A stretch of 50,972 bases of DNA from a virus (IMGVR_UViG_3300030372_003123:1-50972), one strand, 5' to 3'. Shown: positions 1 to 9,964, counted from the stretch's first letter. Notes: generated from the letters alone by a model not told the origin. Numbers and translations: made by a program.

Positions 1-254
1 GGTTTCCAGTCTAAATTTAAATAAGATAAATCACCATTTATTGATAATTCATTTTTATATTTTTGAATTGATTGTTCTCCTCTAGCATATAATCTTAATT
101 GGTGAAAATTATTTATATTTCCATCAAACTTAGAAGTAGCTCCGTTGAACCACTCTTGCCTTATAGCTTTAGCTACATCTAATCCATATTTTTCAGATAG
201 TTTTTCTAAATCACTTACTGCTTGTGATGGAAAGTTTACATGAGATTGAATCAT
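1..254 (-). CDS. portal protein, N-terminal part (runs off the window)
   Basis: Manual translation from ATG at 254 gives MIQSHVNFPSQAVSD...RLYARGEQSIQKYKNELSINGDLSYLNLDWKP. It overlaps the TerL stop and resembles portal N-termini of Flavobacteria podoviruses. Confidence 0.7.
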   Translation of the reverse strand, partial: MIQSHVNFPSQAVSDLEKLSEKYGLDVAKAIRQEWFNGATSKFDGNINNFHQLRLYARGEQSIQKYKNELSINGDLSYLNLDWK

Positions 255-2485
255 ACTTTGTCTGTTATTATTTTAGATTGAAATCCTTTATTATTATATT
301 TGTGTATACTAATGTTTACTGGTTGTCTTTCTAGTTTTGGATTTGGCCGATACAAGTGCCTATTACAAGCCATTATTGCTAAACCAGAACTAATTGAAGC
401 GTCATGTTTTGTTCTTTTGTTTATATCAAATTTAGACCAATCATTTAATGTTTCATTAAAATACATAGTACCATAAGTGCCGTCTTGTAGTAAACCAATA
501 TGATCATTAATATACATTTCAATAGCGGCAGCGTGAGCCTGTTTTATATCTTCGCTTGAGTTAGGTATTCCGCCAACTTCTTTTTCCGCCACTGATAATT
601 TATTCCAAACCTTATCTGGTCTATTTATACTAAACTTTCTATAGCCTCTTCTTCTTAAATAATACAATAATCTAGGTTTGTTATTTTCTGCTAATAATGG
701 CATTCCATAAAATACCAATGCCATTAAAACGTCTTCAAAAAATATATCAGCTGTTTGAGGTCTTGCTATATATTCTAAAAAGAAAGTGTTAGCTGGAGCG
801 TCTTCCATTGAAAACTTAGTCAATCCATGCAAAGCACCTTTCGATCCAGTACCATCTACTGTTCCAGATATATCATAAGAGTCGCAACCAAACACTCCCA
901 TGTGTTCATTGCCTGGATATTTTACGCCATTTTTTAATATAACGTTATTTTGTAAATTACTATTAGGTATCCAACTTACTTTAAATCTACCATTAGGGTC
1001 AGCATTAAAAACAACTTGAGTATCTTTGATCCCATTTATCCATTGAAAATTACCAGTTGTTAATACAGAAGAATTTTTATTTCCTTCATTGTAATCTATT
1101 TGCTCGTATATTTTTACTAGATTAAATAAACTATTACCTGTTTCATCTCTAAATGCGTGCTCTTCTGTTCTAGGAAATTGACGGTAAAATTCATTTAAAG
1201 CATCCTGGTCGTCTTTTAATCCTTCAGCTTCGTTATCCCAATGATCTATTACACCTTGATCTATTTCTAAGCCATGGGGATCAAATGCTGATTCATTAGG
1301 AGTATTAAATACAGGTTGTCCGTATTCGTCAATGAAACCTTCATAATTCCACTCCATGGGTATAAACAAAGAATAAAGTCCTGATTTCGTTTGTCCATTT
1401 CTATTTCTTTTTGTTACATCAGAATTATTATATAAATTCTTAAAGTTATCGCCTCCTTTGTCAAGAGCATTACTTGTTGATCCCATCATGCATTTACCAA
1501 CAATTCTACTACCTAATCTTAAACAAGTCTTTGTAACTCTCCAGTTATTTTTTATATTGTCAGGTCTTTCCCATTTACCACTTTCATCGTGTACTAGTAA
1601 ATTTAACTTTTCACCGTCATAGCTATTATCACCTGTATTTTTCCAATCTATAGTTGTGTCAAGGCCCTCCATATCATCTTGTTCTTCTCGTTCCCTCATT
1701 TTTTTACGAGTAAACTTTTTAGCAGGTACCCTATAAGCGAGCTCGGACTTTGGTCGGTCCATACCGTCCTGTATTGGTTTGAAGAAGAAAGGATAATTAA
1801 GACTTATAGGCACTACTTTATCTGTAAACATCTTTTTCGCATCAGCACCAGTCTTAGAAAGTATCCCAAATCTACTATCACTAGCTAATGTAGCTAAATT
1901 AACAGTTTCAGCTGAACTCATAAAGGAAAAACCAGAACGTCTATTTTTTAAATAACACATTCCGTAACTTCTTTTATCCGCTTTGCAAGCTTCCCAGAAT
2001 ATAAAGAATAACCTATTGGCCTCTCTAAAATCAGGAGCACCAACATCAATCTTACTCCACTGTAAATACATATAATGTGTGCCAGTTAAATAAGTTGGTT
2101 TACCATTATTCATAAACCAAAATCCTTCTTCTCTTCTTCTAAATTCTTCATCTATATATCCATAATGTTTTTCTTTAAAATCATCTGGATAATCTTGCCA
2201 ATCAAATACAGTTTTAATTCTTTTAAAATCTGGATTAAATGGAAACTGTTTCCACTTTTGTTCTTTTTTATTATTACTACAAGAGTATGTTTTAGCTGGT
2301 TGTTTTGGCAATGCTATTTTTAAACCTTGTATTTCAAGTATATCACCAATTTGACCGCTTTTACTAATAATAACAATATCATTTTCTTTATTGTAACCAT
2401 ATTCCCATTTTTTAGATTTATTTAATCTTTTAATGGTATTTTCTCTTATAGGTTTTATAACCTTACATAATGTTTGTTTATACAT
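251..2485 (-). CDS. terL: terminase large subunit
   Basis: 744 aa with Walker A-like KNRRSGFS, Walker B LLVHDESGK, coupling motif GST, nuclease GCDSYD and C-terminal HDASISSGLA. Confidence 0.9.
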   Translation of the reverse strand: MYKQTLCKVIKPIRENTIKRLNKSKKWEYGYNKENDIVIISKSGQIGDILEIQGLKIALPKQPAKTYSCSNNKKEQKWKQFPFNPDFKRIKTVFDWQDYPDDFKEKHYGYIDEEFRRREEGFWFMNNGKPTYLTGTHYMYLQWSKIDVGAPDFREANRLFFIFWEACKADKRSYGMCYLKNRRSGFSFMSSAETVNLATLASDSRFGILSKTGADAKKMFTDKVVPISLNYPFFFKPIQDGMDRPKSELAYRVPAKKFTRKKMREREEQDDMEGLDTTIDWKNTGDNSYDGEKLNLLVHDESGKWERPDNIKNNWRVTKTCLRLGSRIVGKCMMGSTSNALDKGGDNFKNLYNNSDVTKRNRNGQTKSGLYSLFIPMEWNYEGFIDEYGQPVFNTPNESAFDPHGLEIDQGVIDHWDNEAEGLKDDQDALNEFYRQFPRTEEHAFRDETGNSLFNLVKIYEQIDYNEGNKNSSVLTTGNFQWINGIKDTQVVFNADPNGRFKVSWIPNSNLQNNVILKNGVKYPGNEHMGVFGCDSYDISGTVDGTGSKGALHGLTKFSMEDAPANTFFLEYIARPQTADIFFEDVLMALVFYGMPLLAENNKPRLLYYLRRRGYRKFSINRPDKVWNKLSVAEKEVGGIPNSSEDIKQAHAAAIEMYINDHIGLLQDGTYGTMYFNETLNDWSKFDINKRTKHDASISSGLAIMACNRHLYRPNPKLERQPVNISIHKYNNKGFQSKIITDKV

Positions 2486-2763
2486 TATTTAGATCTCCCT
2501 TCTGCGAATCCCTTAAATTCCACCTTCTTTTTTTCTTCTTCGATGGGTTTGCCATCAAGCATATTTTCCTCCTCATGGATTCTATTTAATATTTCAAATG
2601 CATCAAATATAGCTAGTTTTTTTGTAGCAGCCGCGTTTTTTAATCTATCAGCAGATATGTCATCATCAGAATCTACAATAGCTTCTTTAGCCACTTTAAT
2701 TAATTCTTCAACTGCTTTTTGTCCAGCTTGGATTATATTCTTCTTCGTTTCCTTGATATTCAT
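2485..2763 (-). CDS. small helical protein, possible terminase small subunit
   Basis: 92 aa, translationally coupled directly upstream of TerL. Function inferred from position only. Confidence 0.4.
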   Translation of the reverse strand: MNIKETKKNIIQAGQKAVEELIKVAKEAIVDSDDDISADRLKNAAATKKLAIFDAFEILNRIHEEENMLDGKPIEEEKKKVEFKGFAEGRSK

Positions 2764-3298
2764 ATTTAATTGTAATAAATTTATTCATAACTCTATATAA
2801 TCTCTCTTCGTTAATAATAAATTCGTATTCACTACTAGGTTTAAATCCTACTAACTCCTCTTTATCATAAGAGCCATCAGAATATTTTACTATACCAATT
2901 AATGGTCTTTCAGATTCTTGATTAAACTTATCTATAGCTTTTAATGGTTTTACAAAACTATAGCCAGGCATAGCTCTCCAATCTTTAGATTTATAAAGAA
3001 AAATTTGATCTTCAGATATAAAATATTTATTTTCTTTCCAATAAGATCTACTGTTTTTTTCTCTACCCTTTACATCATACCATCTTCTAAATACATTATG
3101 GTGTACTATTACTTCATCACCTATATTTAAAGGTGATTGAAATAATAGTGGAGTAGCGATAATTTTTGCTAATCTATTTACGTATTGATGATTAAATACC
3201 TCTGTGTTAAGTATTAATTCTTTGTCATCGACTCGTATATTGTTATTGTACCTATCACCAATAGGCTCAATAATATAATCTTTGTAAACGCCATTCAT
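2708..3298 (-). CDS. GroES-like (tandem domain) protein
   Basis: Two repeats of a GroES-like pattern: YIIEP...ELIL...LNIGDEVIV and FVKP...GIVKY...YEFIINEERLYRV. Confidence 0.5.
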   Translation of the reverse strand: MNGVYKDYIIEPIGDRYNNNIRVDDKELILNTEVFNHQYVNRLAKIIATPLLFQSPLNIGDEVIVHHNVFRRWYDVKGREKNSRSYWKENKYFISEDQIFLYKSKDWRAMPGYSFVKPLKAIDKFNQESERPLIGIVKYSDGSYDKEELVGFKPSSEYEFIINEERLYRVMNKFITIKYEYQGNEEEYNPSWTKSS

Positions 3299-3522
3299 TA
3301 ATATTCTAAGTTATACTCGATTGATATGGCCATATTCTTATTAAAATCTTTCCAAGGTATTACCACATCGTCTTTTCTAATATAAATACAGTATTTATCT
3401 TCTTCTTCTATAATGTCACAAATCTCGTGACCTCCATAAACCTCCTGACCTACAGCATAGTGCATAGCATCATTTTTATAGTCTTTACCTATAGTTATTT
3501 TTCTGATGATATTATTTTTCAT
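3298..3522 (-). CDS. phage hypothetical protein
   Basis: Likely start at ATG 3522 (MKNNIIRKITIGKDYK...), coupled to neighbouring genes. Confidence 0.7.
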   Translation of the reverse strand: MKNNIIRKITIGKDYKNDAMHYAVGQEVYGGHEICDIIEEEDKYCIYIRKDDVVIPWKDFNKNMAISIEYNLEY

Positions 3523-3784
3523 CTTTCTTTTTATTAATAGTACCGTCTGTAACATTAATATCAAAAGTACCATATTCTTTAGAAAGCTTATCTTGCATAT
3601 CTACAATTTTTTTTTGAGTTAATCCTAACTCATGTAATAGATTATGCTTTTGCCCTTCTAGCTGTCCAATTTTAAATTGAATATTATTTGTTATATTTAA
3701 TATACCTTGTAACTCTTTTAAGTGTTCATTAGATATTTTGTCAACCTTAGGTTTAAGATCAACCATTTTTTCTTTTTTACTCAT
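3512..3784 (-). CDS. coiled-coil hypothetical protein
   Basis: 90-aa ORF in the operon with a heptad pattern. Confidence 0.7.
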   Translation of the reverse strand: MSKKEKMVDLKPKVDKISNEHLKELQGILNITNNIQFKIGQLEGQKHNLLHELGLTQKKIVDMQDKLSKEYGTFDINVTDGTINKKKDEK

Positions 3785-3809
3785 TTTATTTTATTTTATT
3801 TAATTATTA

Positions 3810-4166
3810 TTAAGGACATATAAGTACAGCCTGCACTTGTCCAGTTTTATATTCTACGCTGGTATATCTTCCTCTATTAGGCCCAGCTTTAATAAATTTA
3901 TGGTCATTAGTTAATATATACTTATCATTTTGCTGTCTTCTGGTGTAAATCTTATCGCCAACTTGAGGAAGGGCATTAGAGCCATCATGATAATAAGTAA
4001 TATTAACATCAGCATTATTAAGAGGGCAGGCAGCAGTATTTTGTAAAGATGAACCTTGAAAAACTCTAAAACTCCTTGCGTCAGTAATTTCTTTATGTCT
4101 TTTTGCTACTACAGGTTTATTTTTGCCCCTAGCTTGACCCATGCTACAATTATTACCAAGAGCCAT
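3810..4166 (-). CDS. hypothetical protein
   Basis: 118-aa ORF coupled to the upstream gene. Confidence 0.65.
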   Translation of the reverse strand: MALGNNCSMGQARGKNKPVVAKRHKEITDARSFRVFQGSSLQNTAACPLNNADVNITYYHDGSNALPQVGDKIYTRRQQNDKYILTNDHKFIKAGPNRGRYTSVEYKTGQVQAVLICP

Positions 4167-4510
4167 TATTTACCAAAATAACAGATTATTCCACCATCTG
4201 CGTCAGCGCCACTCAAGGTAACACTAGTCCACCTTCCGTAAATTGTAAGGCCTGCTGGAAATTTTGTGCTTGAGTCTGTAGGATCAGCTCCACCACCATT
4301 ACCAGTAACAGCTGAAGAGTGACTAAAAAAAGCAGCGTCATTACCTTGCTCTGTATCTGCTACCAAACCAGCTAGAGTTTGATCAGCTACTAAAAATGTT
4401 ATAGCGACTATTACCATTCCAGTTGGAGGAGTAAAAGCCCCAGTACTATTTACAAAGCCACTACCTAATTGTCCAAAGTTATAAGCAACTCCTTGTGAAT
4501 TTATTCCCAT
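4166..4510 (-). CDS. putative structural protein
   Basis: 114 aa, G/T/S/A-rich beta-type composition, ending GLTIYGRW...IICYFG. Confidence 0.55.
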   Translation of the reverse strand: MGINSQGVAYNFGQLGSGFVNSTGAFTPPTGMVIVAITFLVADQTLAGLVADTEQGNDAAFFSHSSAVTGNGGGADPTDSSTKFPAGLTIYGRWTSVTLSGADADGGIICYFGK

Positions 4511-4512
4511 AA

Positions 4513-4938
4513 TTATTTATTTTTATTTTGTTCTTGATTCTTTTTAGACGATCCGCCGAAAAAGAAATCGACTACCGTGTTAACTTTAGCACTCATAGCT
4601 CCGAATATAGTAGAAATAAAACTTATTTCAAATTCACCCATTTCGATATCCCCCATTACGAAGAATCTAAACATCATGAAACTTAATCCAAAGTACGCTG
4701 CTGTAAATAATGTTGCAAGGACTTTTTGAATAAACGCATCGTCTTTGTACATATCACGAGCGCTTTTCCTGTCCTCGACTTCTTGTTTAAAAGCTTCTGT
4801 CTCGGCGTCAAGTAATAACCGTCTAAGAGCGAGTTTTGCTTCATCTCTCTCCTTGTCTGTTGTAATAACTTTATCAAGTATTCCTTCTGCATTGTCTACT
4901 ACTTTGCCGAATAAGCCACCTATAAATTTTCCTATCAT
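4513..4938 (-). CDS. holin-like membrane protein (3TM type)
   Basis: Amphipathic N-terminus, DKVITTDKERDEAK, EDRKSAR and two TM helices ending FFFGGS. Confidence 0.65.
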   Translation of the reverse strand: MIGKFIGGLFGKVVDNAEGILDKVITTDKERDEAKLALRRLLLDAETEAFKQEVEDRKSARDMYKDDAFIQKVLATLFTAAYFGLSFMMFRFFVMGDIEMGEFEISFISTIFGAMSAKVNTVVDFFFGGSSKKNQEQNKNK

Positions 4939-5375
4939 CGTTTATTATCTTTTATCATATCATCGATAGACTTATTCATTACCTTATCGGTGTATGATTG
5001 ATTATTAAAAAACACACTCTTTTCTGATGTAGGTATATCTTCTTCTCCTAATAATATTCGATATATTCTACTAATTAAGTGTGAGCATTTAAAAGAGGTT
5101 TTGAATACAGAATATTTGATGGTTGTTCTGTTTCTGTGTCTCCACGTTTCTATCCAACCATTCCTCTTTAATTTCTCCCAACGGTTCTTATCCCAACTCA
5201 TGGTATATGTTCCGTCGATAAATTCATTTCTTGTAAAACGCCCCTTGCAGTCTAAGTAAATTAGTAATTCAAGATCAGCGTCTGTTAACCCGTAAGTCTT
5301 ACAGGCCCATTTTCTAACGAGCCTGTAATACTTAAGGATTTGTAAATCACGTAAATCGTGACTTGTTAATCGCAT
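4935..5375 (-). CDS. winged-helix-like protein
   Basis: YGLTDADLELLIYL...EKLKRNGWIE is MarR-like. Confidence 0.45.
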   Translation of the reverse strand: MRLTSHDLRDLQILKYYRLVRKWACKTYGLTDADLELLIYLDCKGRFTRNEFIDGTYTMSWDKNRWEKLKRNGWIETWRHRNRTTIKYSVFKTSFKCSHLISRIYRILLGEEDIPTSEKSVFFNNQSYTDKVMNKSIDDMIKDNKR

Positions 5376-5378
5376 TTA

Positions 5379-5768
5379 CTACGTATCAAGCGTGATAGCT
5401 ATACCAAAGCTTGCGTCACCTTTGATTTTATCAATAGGTGTAAAATGTGCGTTAGTATCCATGTCTATCACAGTTGTTACAACACCTGCTTTATGAGGAG
5501 TTGCGTTAGCAACCTCGCACATAGCTTCTGCTATTAGTTTTGCTCTGTGATAAGAGTCAGCAGTTGCGTGAGTATCAGCGTGAGTAACGGTAATTAAATC
5601 ACCAGTACCACCACCGCCATCAACATCACCTAATGCGCTTCTAAAATATATACCTGTTGTTGTTGCAGATAATGGCTCTACGCCAATAAATCTAGACACG
5701 GGAAACATAACTGCGTCACCTGCCGCGTCAGCGCCGTTGCCTTCTGCAAAATATAAATAGTGTTCCAT
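5379..5768 (-). CDS. hypothetical (probably structural) protein, paralog of 5795..6139
   Basis: MEHYLYFAE...FIGVEP...PH, shared with the neighbouring gene. Confidence 0.65.
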   Translation of the reverse strand: MEHYLYFAEGNGADAAGDAVMFPVSRFIGVEPLSATTTGIYFRSALGDVDGGGGTGDLITVTHADTHATADSYHRAKLIAEAMCEVANATPHKAGVVTTVIDMDTNAHFTPIDKIKGDASFGIAITLDT

Positions 5769-5794
5769 TTTTTTAAAGTTTTTTAAGTTAATAA

Positions 5795-6139
5795 TTAAGG
5801 AATAGTAACATCAGTTACAAGGCCACGAAATTCAGAGTGTGCTCCAATAGCTGCCTGACCATTAGCGACATTGTAATCAGCCACTACAATCATTGATCCA
5901 CCACTATGCGGGTGAGAAGTCATAATTCTAGCAAAGGCCTCTGCCACTGCTTTTTGGTTTCCATTTGTACAATGCAACTTTATTCTTTCTTTAGCAGCTT
6001 CATTTCCTTCAATATCTTTAAAATGTAGTCTAAGACCACCACTTACAGGATCTATACCTAAAAAGTTATCTGTTCTAACCATTAAGGCGTCTTGAGATTC
6101 CTCTACGTCCGCTTCAGCGAACCATAAATAATTTACCAT
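5795..6139 (-). CDS. hypothetical (probably structural) protein, paralog of 5379..5768
   Basis: MVNYLWFAE...FLGIDP...PH. Confidence 0.65.
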   Translation of the reverse strand: MVNYLWFAEADVEESQDALMVRTDNFLGIDPVSGGLRLHFKDIEGNEAAKERIKLHCTNGNQKAVAEAFARIMTSHPHSGGSMIVVADYNVANGQAAIGAHSEFRGLVTDVTIP

Positions 6140-6227
6140 TTGTTTAATTTTTAATTGATTAATAATTAATTTATGATTTTTTGTTTATTGTTTTTGGTTT
6201 ATAGTTTGTGTATAATCTACTTTAATA

Positions 6228-6255
6228 GTAATCACACGTTTTTAGCGAATAGTAA
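6228..6255 (-). promoter_or_regulatory. putative late promoter (weaker upstream box)
   Basis: TTACT-N14-TGTGATTAC in the intergenic gap upstream of 5795..6139. Confidence 0.45.
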
Positions 6256-6513
6256 TTATTCTACTATAACTATATCTCTAGCGCGAATAACTCGATACAT
6301 AGTATCATTATAAGCTATATCGTGACCAGCTACGCCATCATAGTATACGCAATCACCTTTTTTAACAATAGGAACATTATTACCCACAGATATAATGTTT
6401 GCTTTTTTATACCTATTTGTTTCATCTGTTTTTTCCGTTAATATAAGTCCACCAACTTTTTTTGGTCCATCTTTTATTATATCAACTATTACATAATCAT
6501 TAACTGCTTGCAT
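6256..6513 (-). CDS. groS: co-chaperonin GroES
   Basis: QAVNDYVIV...GGLIL...VGNNV...VKKGD...IRARDIV, adjacent to GroEL. Confidence 0.85.
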   Translation of the reverse strand: MQAVNDYVIVDIIKDGPKKVGGLILTEKTDETNRYKKANIISVGNNVPIVKKGDCVYYDGVAGHDIAYNDTMYRVIRARDIVIVE

Positions 6514-8068
6514 TTTCTATACGTATATTTGAAATTACACAATCTGCTGACATTATAGTTAAAGCTACACTTACAGCATTTTTAAGAGCAGATTTAGTTA
6601 CAAGTACTGGATCAATAATTCCAGATTTAACCATATTAACTTCTTTACTAGTTGTTACATCTACACCTATACCTTTAACTGGTCTTGGGGCCACTTGCAT
6701 CAATCCAGCGTTGTCAAGTATAGTTTTAAACGGTGACGCTAAAGCTCTTAACAAAACCTCTCCATATTTATCAGCCTTTATTTCTTGGCTAGCATTTAGC
6801 AGAGCTACTCCACCTCCAGGCACAATACCTTCTTGCAAAGCGGCTTTAGTGGCATATATAGCATCTTCAACTCTATCTTTCTTTTCTTTTAATTCTACTT
6901 TAGAATTAGCCCCTACTTTAATTATACCAACACTACCTGATAACATTGCTAATCTATCTTCTAGTTTCTTTTTAATAAAACCATTTTGCTCTTCAGCTAG
7001 ATGTTTATTTAATTCATCTATTCTACCCTCAATACCGTCTGTCATTCCTTCTAAAGTTAACACTGTATTTCTATCATCCGTAATAGCAAATTCAGCCTCA
7101 CCTAAATGCTCTGGTTTCATAAGATCTAAATCATCACCAAGTTCTTCATTCATTACTGTAGCTCCGGTTAATATAGCTAAATCTTCTGTAGCATCTTTTT
7201 TAGTAGGGCCAAAACCTGGTAAATCAATAATATTGATCTTAATATTACCTTTTACTTTATTCATTAAAAGCGCCGACTTTACTTGCTGTGCTACTGGGGC
7301 AACTATAAGTAAAGATCGGTTGTTCTTTATAACATATTCTAGTATATCTTGTATTTTTCTTACGTTAGGTATTTCAGAAGAACAAATAAACACTAAAGGT
7401 TTATCAAGCTCACATACTTGTTTTTCTGTATTAGTTACAAAATGTGGTGATGTTAACTTACAATCTACTTTTACACCATCTACAACATCAACATAAGTTT
7501 CTTCAGTTGGTGACTCTTCCATAAGTACAACCCCATTTTTACCAACTTGTTCATAAGCTTCTGCTATAATAGAACCAAGTTTAGTATCATTATTGCATGA
7601 TATTGCACTAACTGATTTTAACATGTCATCTTTAACATCTATAGCTTTTTCATTTAAATAGCTAATGACATCTTCCAATGTTTTATTAATACCATCTTTT
7701 ATTTGTCTGATTGTTAGATCTTCTGCGACTGCAGCATCTATTTGTTTGATTATTGCCTCAGCTAAAACAGTGGCGGTTGTAGTACCGTCTCCAGCTTCTT
7801 TAACTGTATTTCGGGCAGCTTCTTTAATTAAAGTTGCTCCCATGTTTTCAACCGGATCATATAAGACTACGCTTTCCGCTACGGTTACACCATCTTTTGT
7901 TATGACCGGTTTGCCCCTCGCATCTTCATATATAACGCACTTTCCAGAAGCGCCTAATGTAGATTTAACAGCTTGGGCTAATTTATTTACGCCGGTGATT
8001 ATCTTGTCTTTAGCATCTTTACCAAAATTAAGATCTTTCACCAACTCACTAGGTAAGTTGTATTCCAT
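6500..8068 (-). CDS. groL: chaperonin GroEL
   Basis: ITKDGVTVA, GDGTTTATVLA, EGIVPGGG and GIIDP are present. No GGM tail. Confidence 0.97.
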   Translation of the reverse strand: MEYNLPSELVKDLNFGKDAKDKIITGVNKLAQAVKSTLGASGKCVIYEDARGKPVITKDGVTVAESVVLYDPVENMGATLIKEAARNTVKEAGDGTTTATVLAEAIIKQIDAAVAEDLTIRQIKDGINKTLEDVISYLNEKAIDVKDDMLKSVSAISCNNDTKLGSIIAEAYEQVGKNGVVLMEESPTEETYVDVVDGVKVDCKLTSPHFVTNTEKQVCELDKPLVFICSSEIPNVRKIQDILEYVIKNNRSLLIVAPVAQQVKSALLMNKVKGNIKINIIDLPGFGPTKKDATEDLAILTGATVMNEELGDDLDLMKPEHLGEAEFAITDDRNTVLTLEGMTDGIEGRIDELNKHLAEEQNGFIKKKLEDRLAMLSGSVGIIKVGANSKVELKEKKDRVEDAIYATKAALQEGIVPGGGVALLNASQEIKADKYGEVLLRALASPFKTILDNAGLMQVAPRPVKGIGVDVTTSKEVNMVKSGIIDPVLVTKSALKNAVSVALTIMSADCVISNIRIENASS

Positions 8069-8102
8069 AATTTAATTTAATTTAATTGTATTGTTTACTT
8101 AT

Positions 8103-8444
8103 TTATGCGATCCCTTCGTCACCTCCGACTAACTCGTCATGTATTTCTTCAATCATTGTTGCGGTATCTGCTTTACTACCACCTACAGCATCACCACCTA
8201 CACTCAAAGCGTCTCCACCCATAACGTCTCCACCTAAACCACCAACACCAGTTTCAGTGCCTGGAACTAATCCTTGTGCTTCTGCTGCTGCTGCTTTTGC
8301 GGCTTTTCTTTCTTTTCTTTTCTTTTTCTTTAATGCTTTAAGCCCAAAGACCCCTCCAGCAATAGCTCCTAGTACAGGTAGCGGTGATTTTCCTGATCGT
8401 AATGTAAAAGGTGCAATACCTCTGCTTGATTTAGTTCTTGCCAT
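8103..8444 (-). CDS. leader-bearing small protein with Gly-rich hydrophobic helix
   Basis: MARTK...FTLRSGKSPLP followed by VLGAIAGGVFGL. Confidence 0.6.
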   Translation of the reverse strand: MARTKSSRGIAPFTLRSGKSPLPVLGAIAGGVFGLKALKKKKRKERKAAKAAAAEAQGLVPGTETGVGGLGGDVMGGDALSVGGDAVGGSKADTATMIEEIHDELVGGDEGIA

Positions 8445-8453
8445 AGTTGTAAT

Positions 8454-8849
8454 TTATTTGTCTTCCGCCGCGATAGCCTCTGCTTCCCACGGGTGGTTAG
8501 GATGTCCCTCAGGCCACTTACCATTAGGTCCATCGATTATAGGTTCTCCGTTTTCTTCTCTTCTCATGTATATATTGCCTTCCCACATAACCCATCCGTC
8601 TCCATAAGCAGCTCTTTCGTCCGCCATTTGATCAAGATGGGTTTGTTCATGCTTTAACACTCTTATAAAACTAGGATCGTTTTGATCTACGTTTGGAGCT
8701 ACATCAATAGTTCCGTCCATATTTGCTCTAGCTATTACCCCTTCTCCTATATCGTGGTCTATATTTATACCACCTCGTCTACCTGAACTCAACTTTACGT
8801 TTTCAGACGACTTAATGTCTCTCCTTTCGTTTCCCAACTTAAACGTCAT
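8454..8849 (-). CDS. small zincin-like metallopeptidase
   Basis: HExxH (LKHEQTHLDQM) plus downstream PWEAEA. Begins MTFKLG. Confidence 0.6.
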   Translation of the reverse strand: MTFKLGNERRDIKSSENVKLSSGRRGGINIDHDIGEGVIARANMDGTIDVAPNVDQNDPSFIRVLKHEQTHLDQMADERAAYGDGWVMWEGNIYMRREENGEPIIDGPNGKWPEGHPNHPWEAEAIAAEDK

Positions 8850-8856
8850 AGTCTAG

Positions 8857-9150
8857 TTATTTAAAAGTTTTTACGACCTTAGGGCCTTTTATATATTCTA
8901 ATTTTTTAGTGAAATGCTCTACGCTACCGTTAATTGCGGCCTCTGCCCCTTCCATTGTCTCTCTTCGCGTGATATCAACCCATTGATCATCGTGATCCGG
9001 CTTGTTTACCTCGGTTTGATAGTATCCGTTAGGTAGTTGAGTAATTCTCCAGTTCTTTTTTTCGGCTAAATGTTTCCATTCTTCCATTTGTTTTTCTGAA
9101 ATTTTAGGTTCTGTAGTATATGTACTACTTTTATAGTATATGTATGTCAT
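8857..9150 (-). CDS. phage hypothetical protein
   Basis: 97-aa ORF containing NWRITQLPNGYYQTE. Confidence 0.7.
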   Translation of the reverse strand: MTYIYYKSSTYTTEPKISEKQMEEWKHLAEKKNWRITQLPNGYYQTEVNKPDHDDQWVDITRRETMEGAEAAINGSVEHFTKKLEYIKGPKVVKTFK

Positions 9151-9192
9151 TGTTTTTGGTTTTATTTGTTAGGTATAAGGATTTTCCTTATT

Positions 9193-9927
9193 TTATTCAT
9201 GCATTAGCATGTGTTCTACTAATATACCCGTGTGAACACTAGGTACTATTATTATATCTGAAACTGAAGTAGCGCCTACCGTGCCACTTGTTATAGCCCC
9301 CGTTCCATCGCCCGCTGTAGTTACGACAAGGCCTGTTACAGCAGTAGAGCCAGTAACAGCACCATCAGCTTGTGAGGTTCTTGCTGTAAAAGTTACCGCA
9401 GCCGTACTAACTGAAGTTGTCCAGTTAGGAAAACTTGCAGCATGTATTTGTGCCGCAATATCGGCTGCTGTACTGTTAGCAGCTACAACTGTTACCCCAT
9501 CAAATTCGAAAGTATCACCCGCTGCCCAAGTATTTGCTATTGTAGTAATAAAACTTGATTTTGTACCACCAGCTGCGTTCCAAGGCATGAACATCCAATC
9601 CCCAGCATACAATCTACCAATTTCTGTTTTACCATCAGTATCTGTATGTGAAAGACTTACCGTTATGTATTCAGCGGCTGTAGCTGAACAATTTTTAATA
9701 TAAGCTTTGTTAGCCCCGTTAGTTGTGTAGTCGTCACCTCTAAATAAAACTGTACTGCCAATAACGGCTGCACTAGTGTGAGCTATATTTTTTCTTGATA
9801 CACCGGTAGTTTGTGTCATACCAGTTGATCCACCTGCGTCAGTTAATGTTGCTGCAGATACAAGCGATAAAGAATCTGTTAGAAGATCCGTGCTCGCTAA
9901 TGTTATTGTTGCTGTTGTTGTAGCCAT
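9193..9927 (-). CDS. putative virion structural protein
   Basis: T/A/G-rich. Likely start MATTTAT at 9927, downstream of a late-type promoter. Confidence 0.65.
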   Translation of the reverse strand: MATTTATITLASTDLLTDSLSLVSAATLTDAGGSTGMTQTTGVSRKNIAHTSAAVIGSTVLFRGDDYTTNGANKAYIKNCSATAAEYITVSLSHTDTDGKTEIGRLYAGDWMFMPWNAAGGTKSSFITTIANTWAAGDTFEFDGVTVVAANSTAADIAAQIHAASFPNWTTSVSTAAVTFTARTSQADGAVTGSTAVTGLVVTTAGDGTGAITSGTVGATSVSDIIIVPSVHTGILVEHMLMHE

Positions 9928-9964
9928 AGTTATTTGTTTATTTTGTTCTTGTTGTACAAATAAG

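Noticed and set aside
6711-8607. Plus-strand ORFs 6711..7496, 7665..8075 and 8086..8607 (and similar antisense ORFs such as 9281, 19800, 20221, 32228, 39190)
   Set aside because: These are antisense shadows of well-supported genes.
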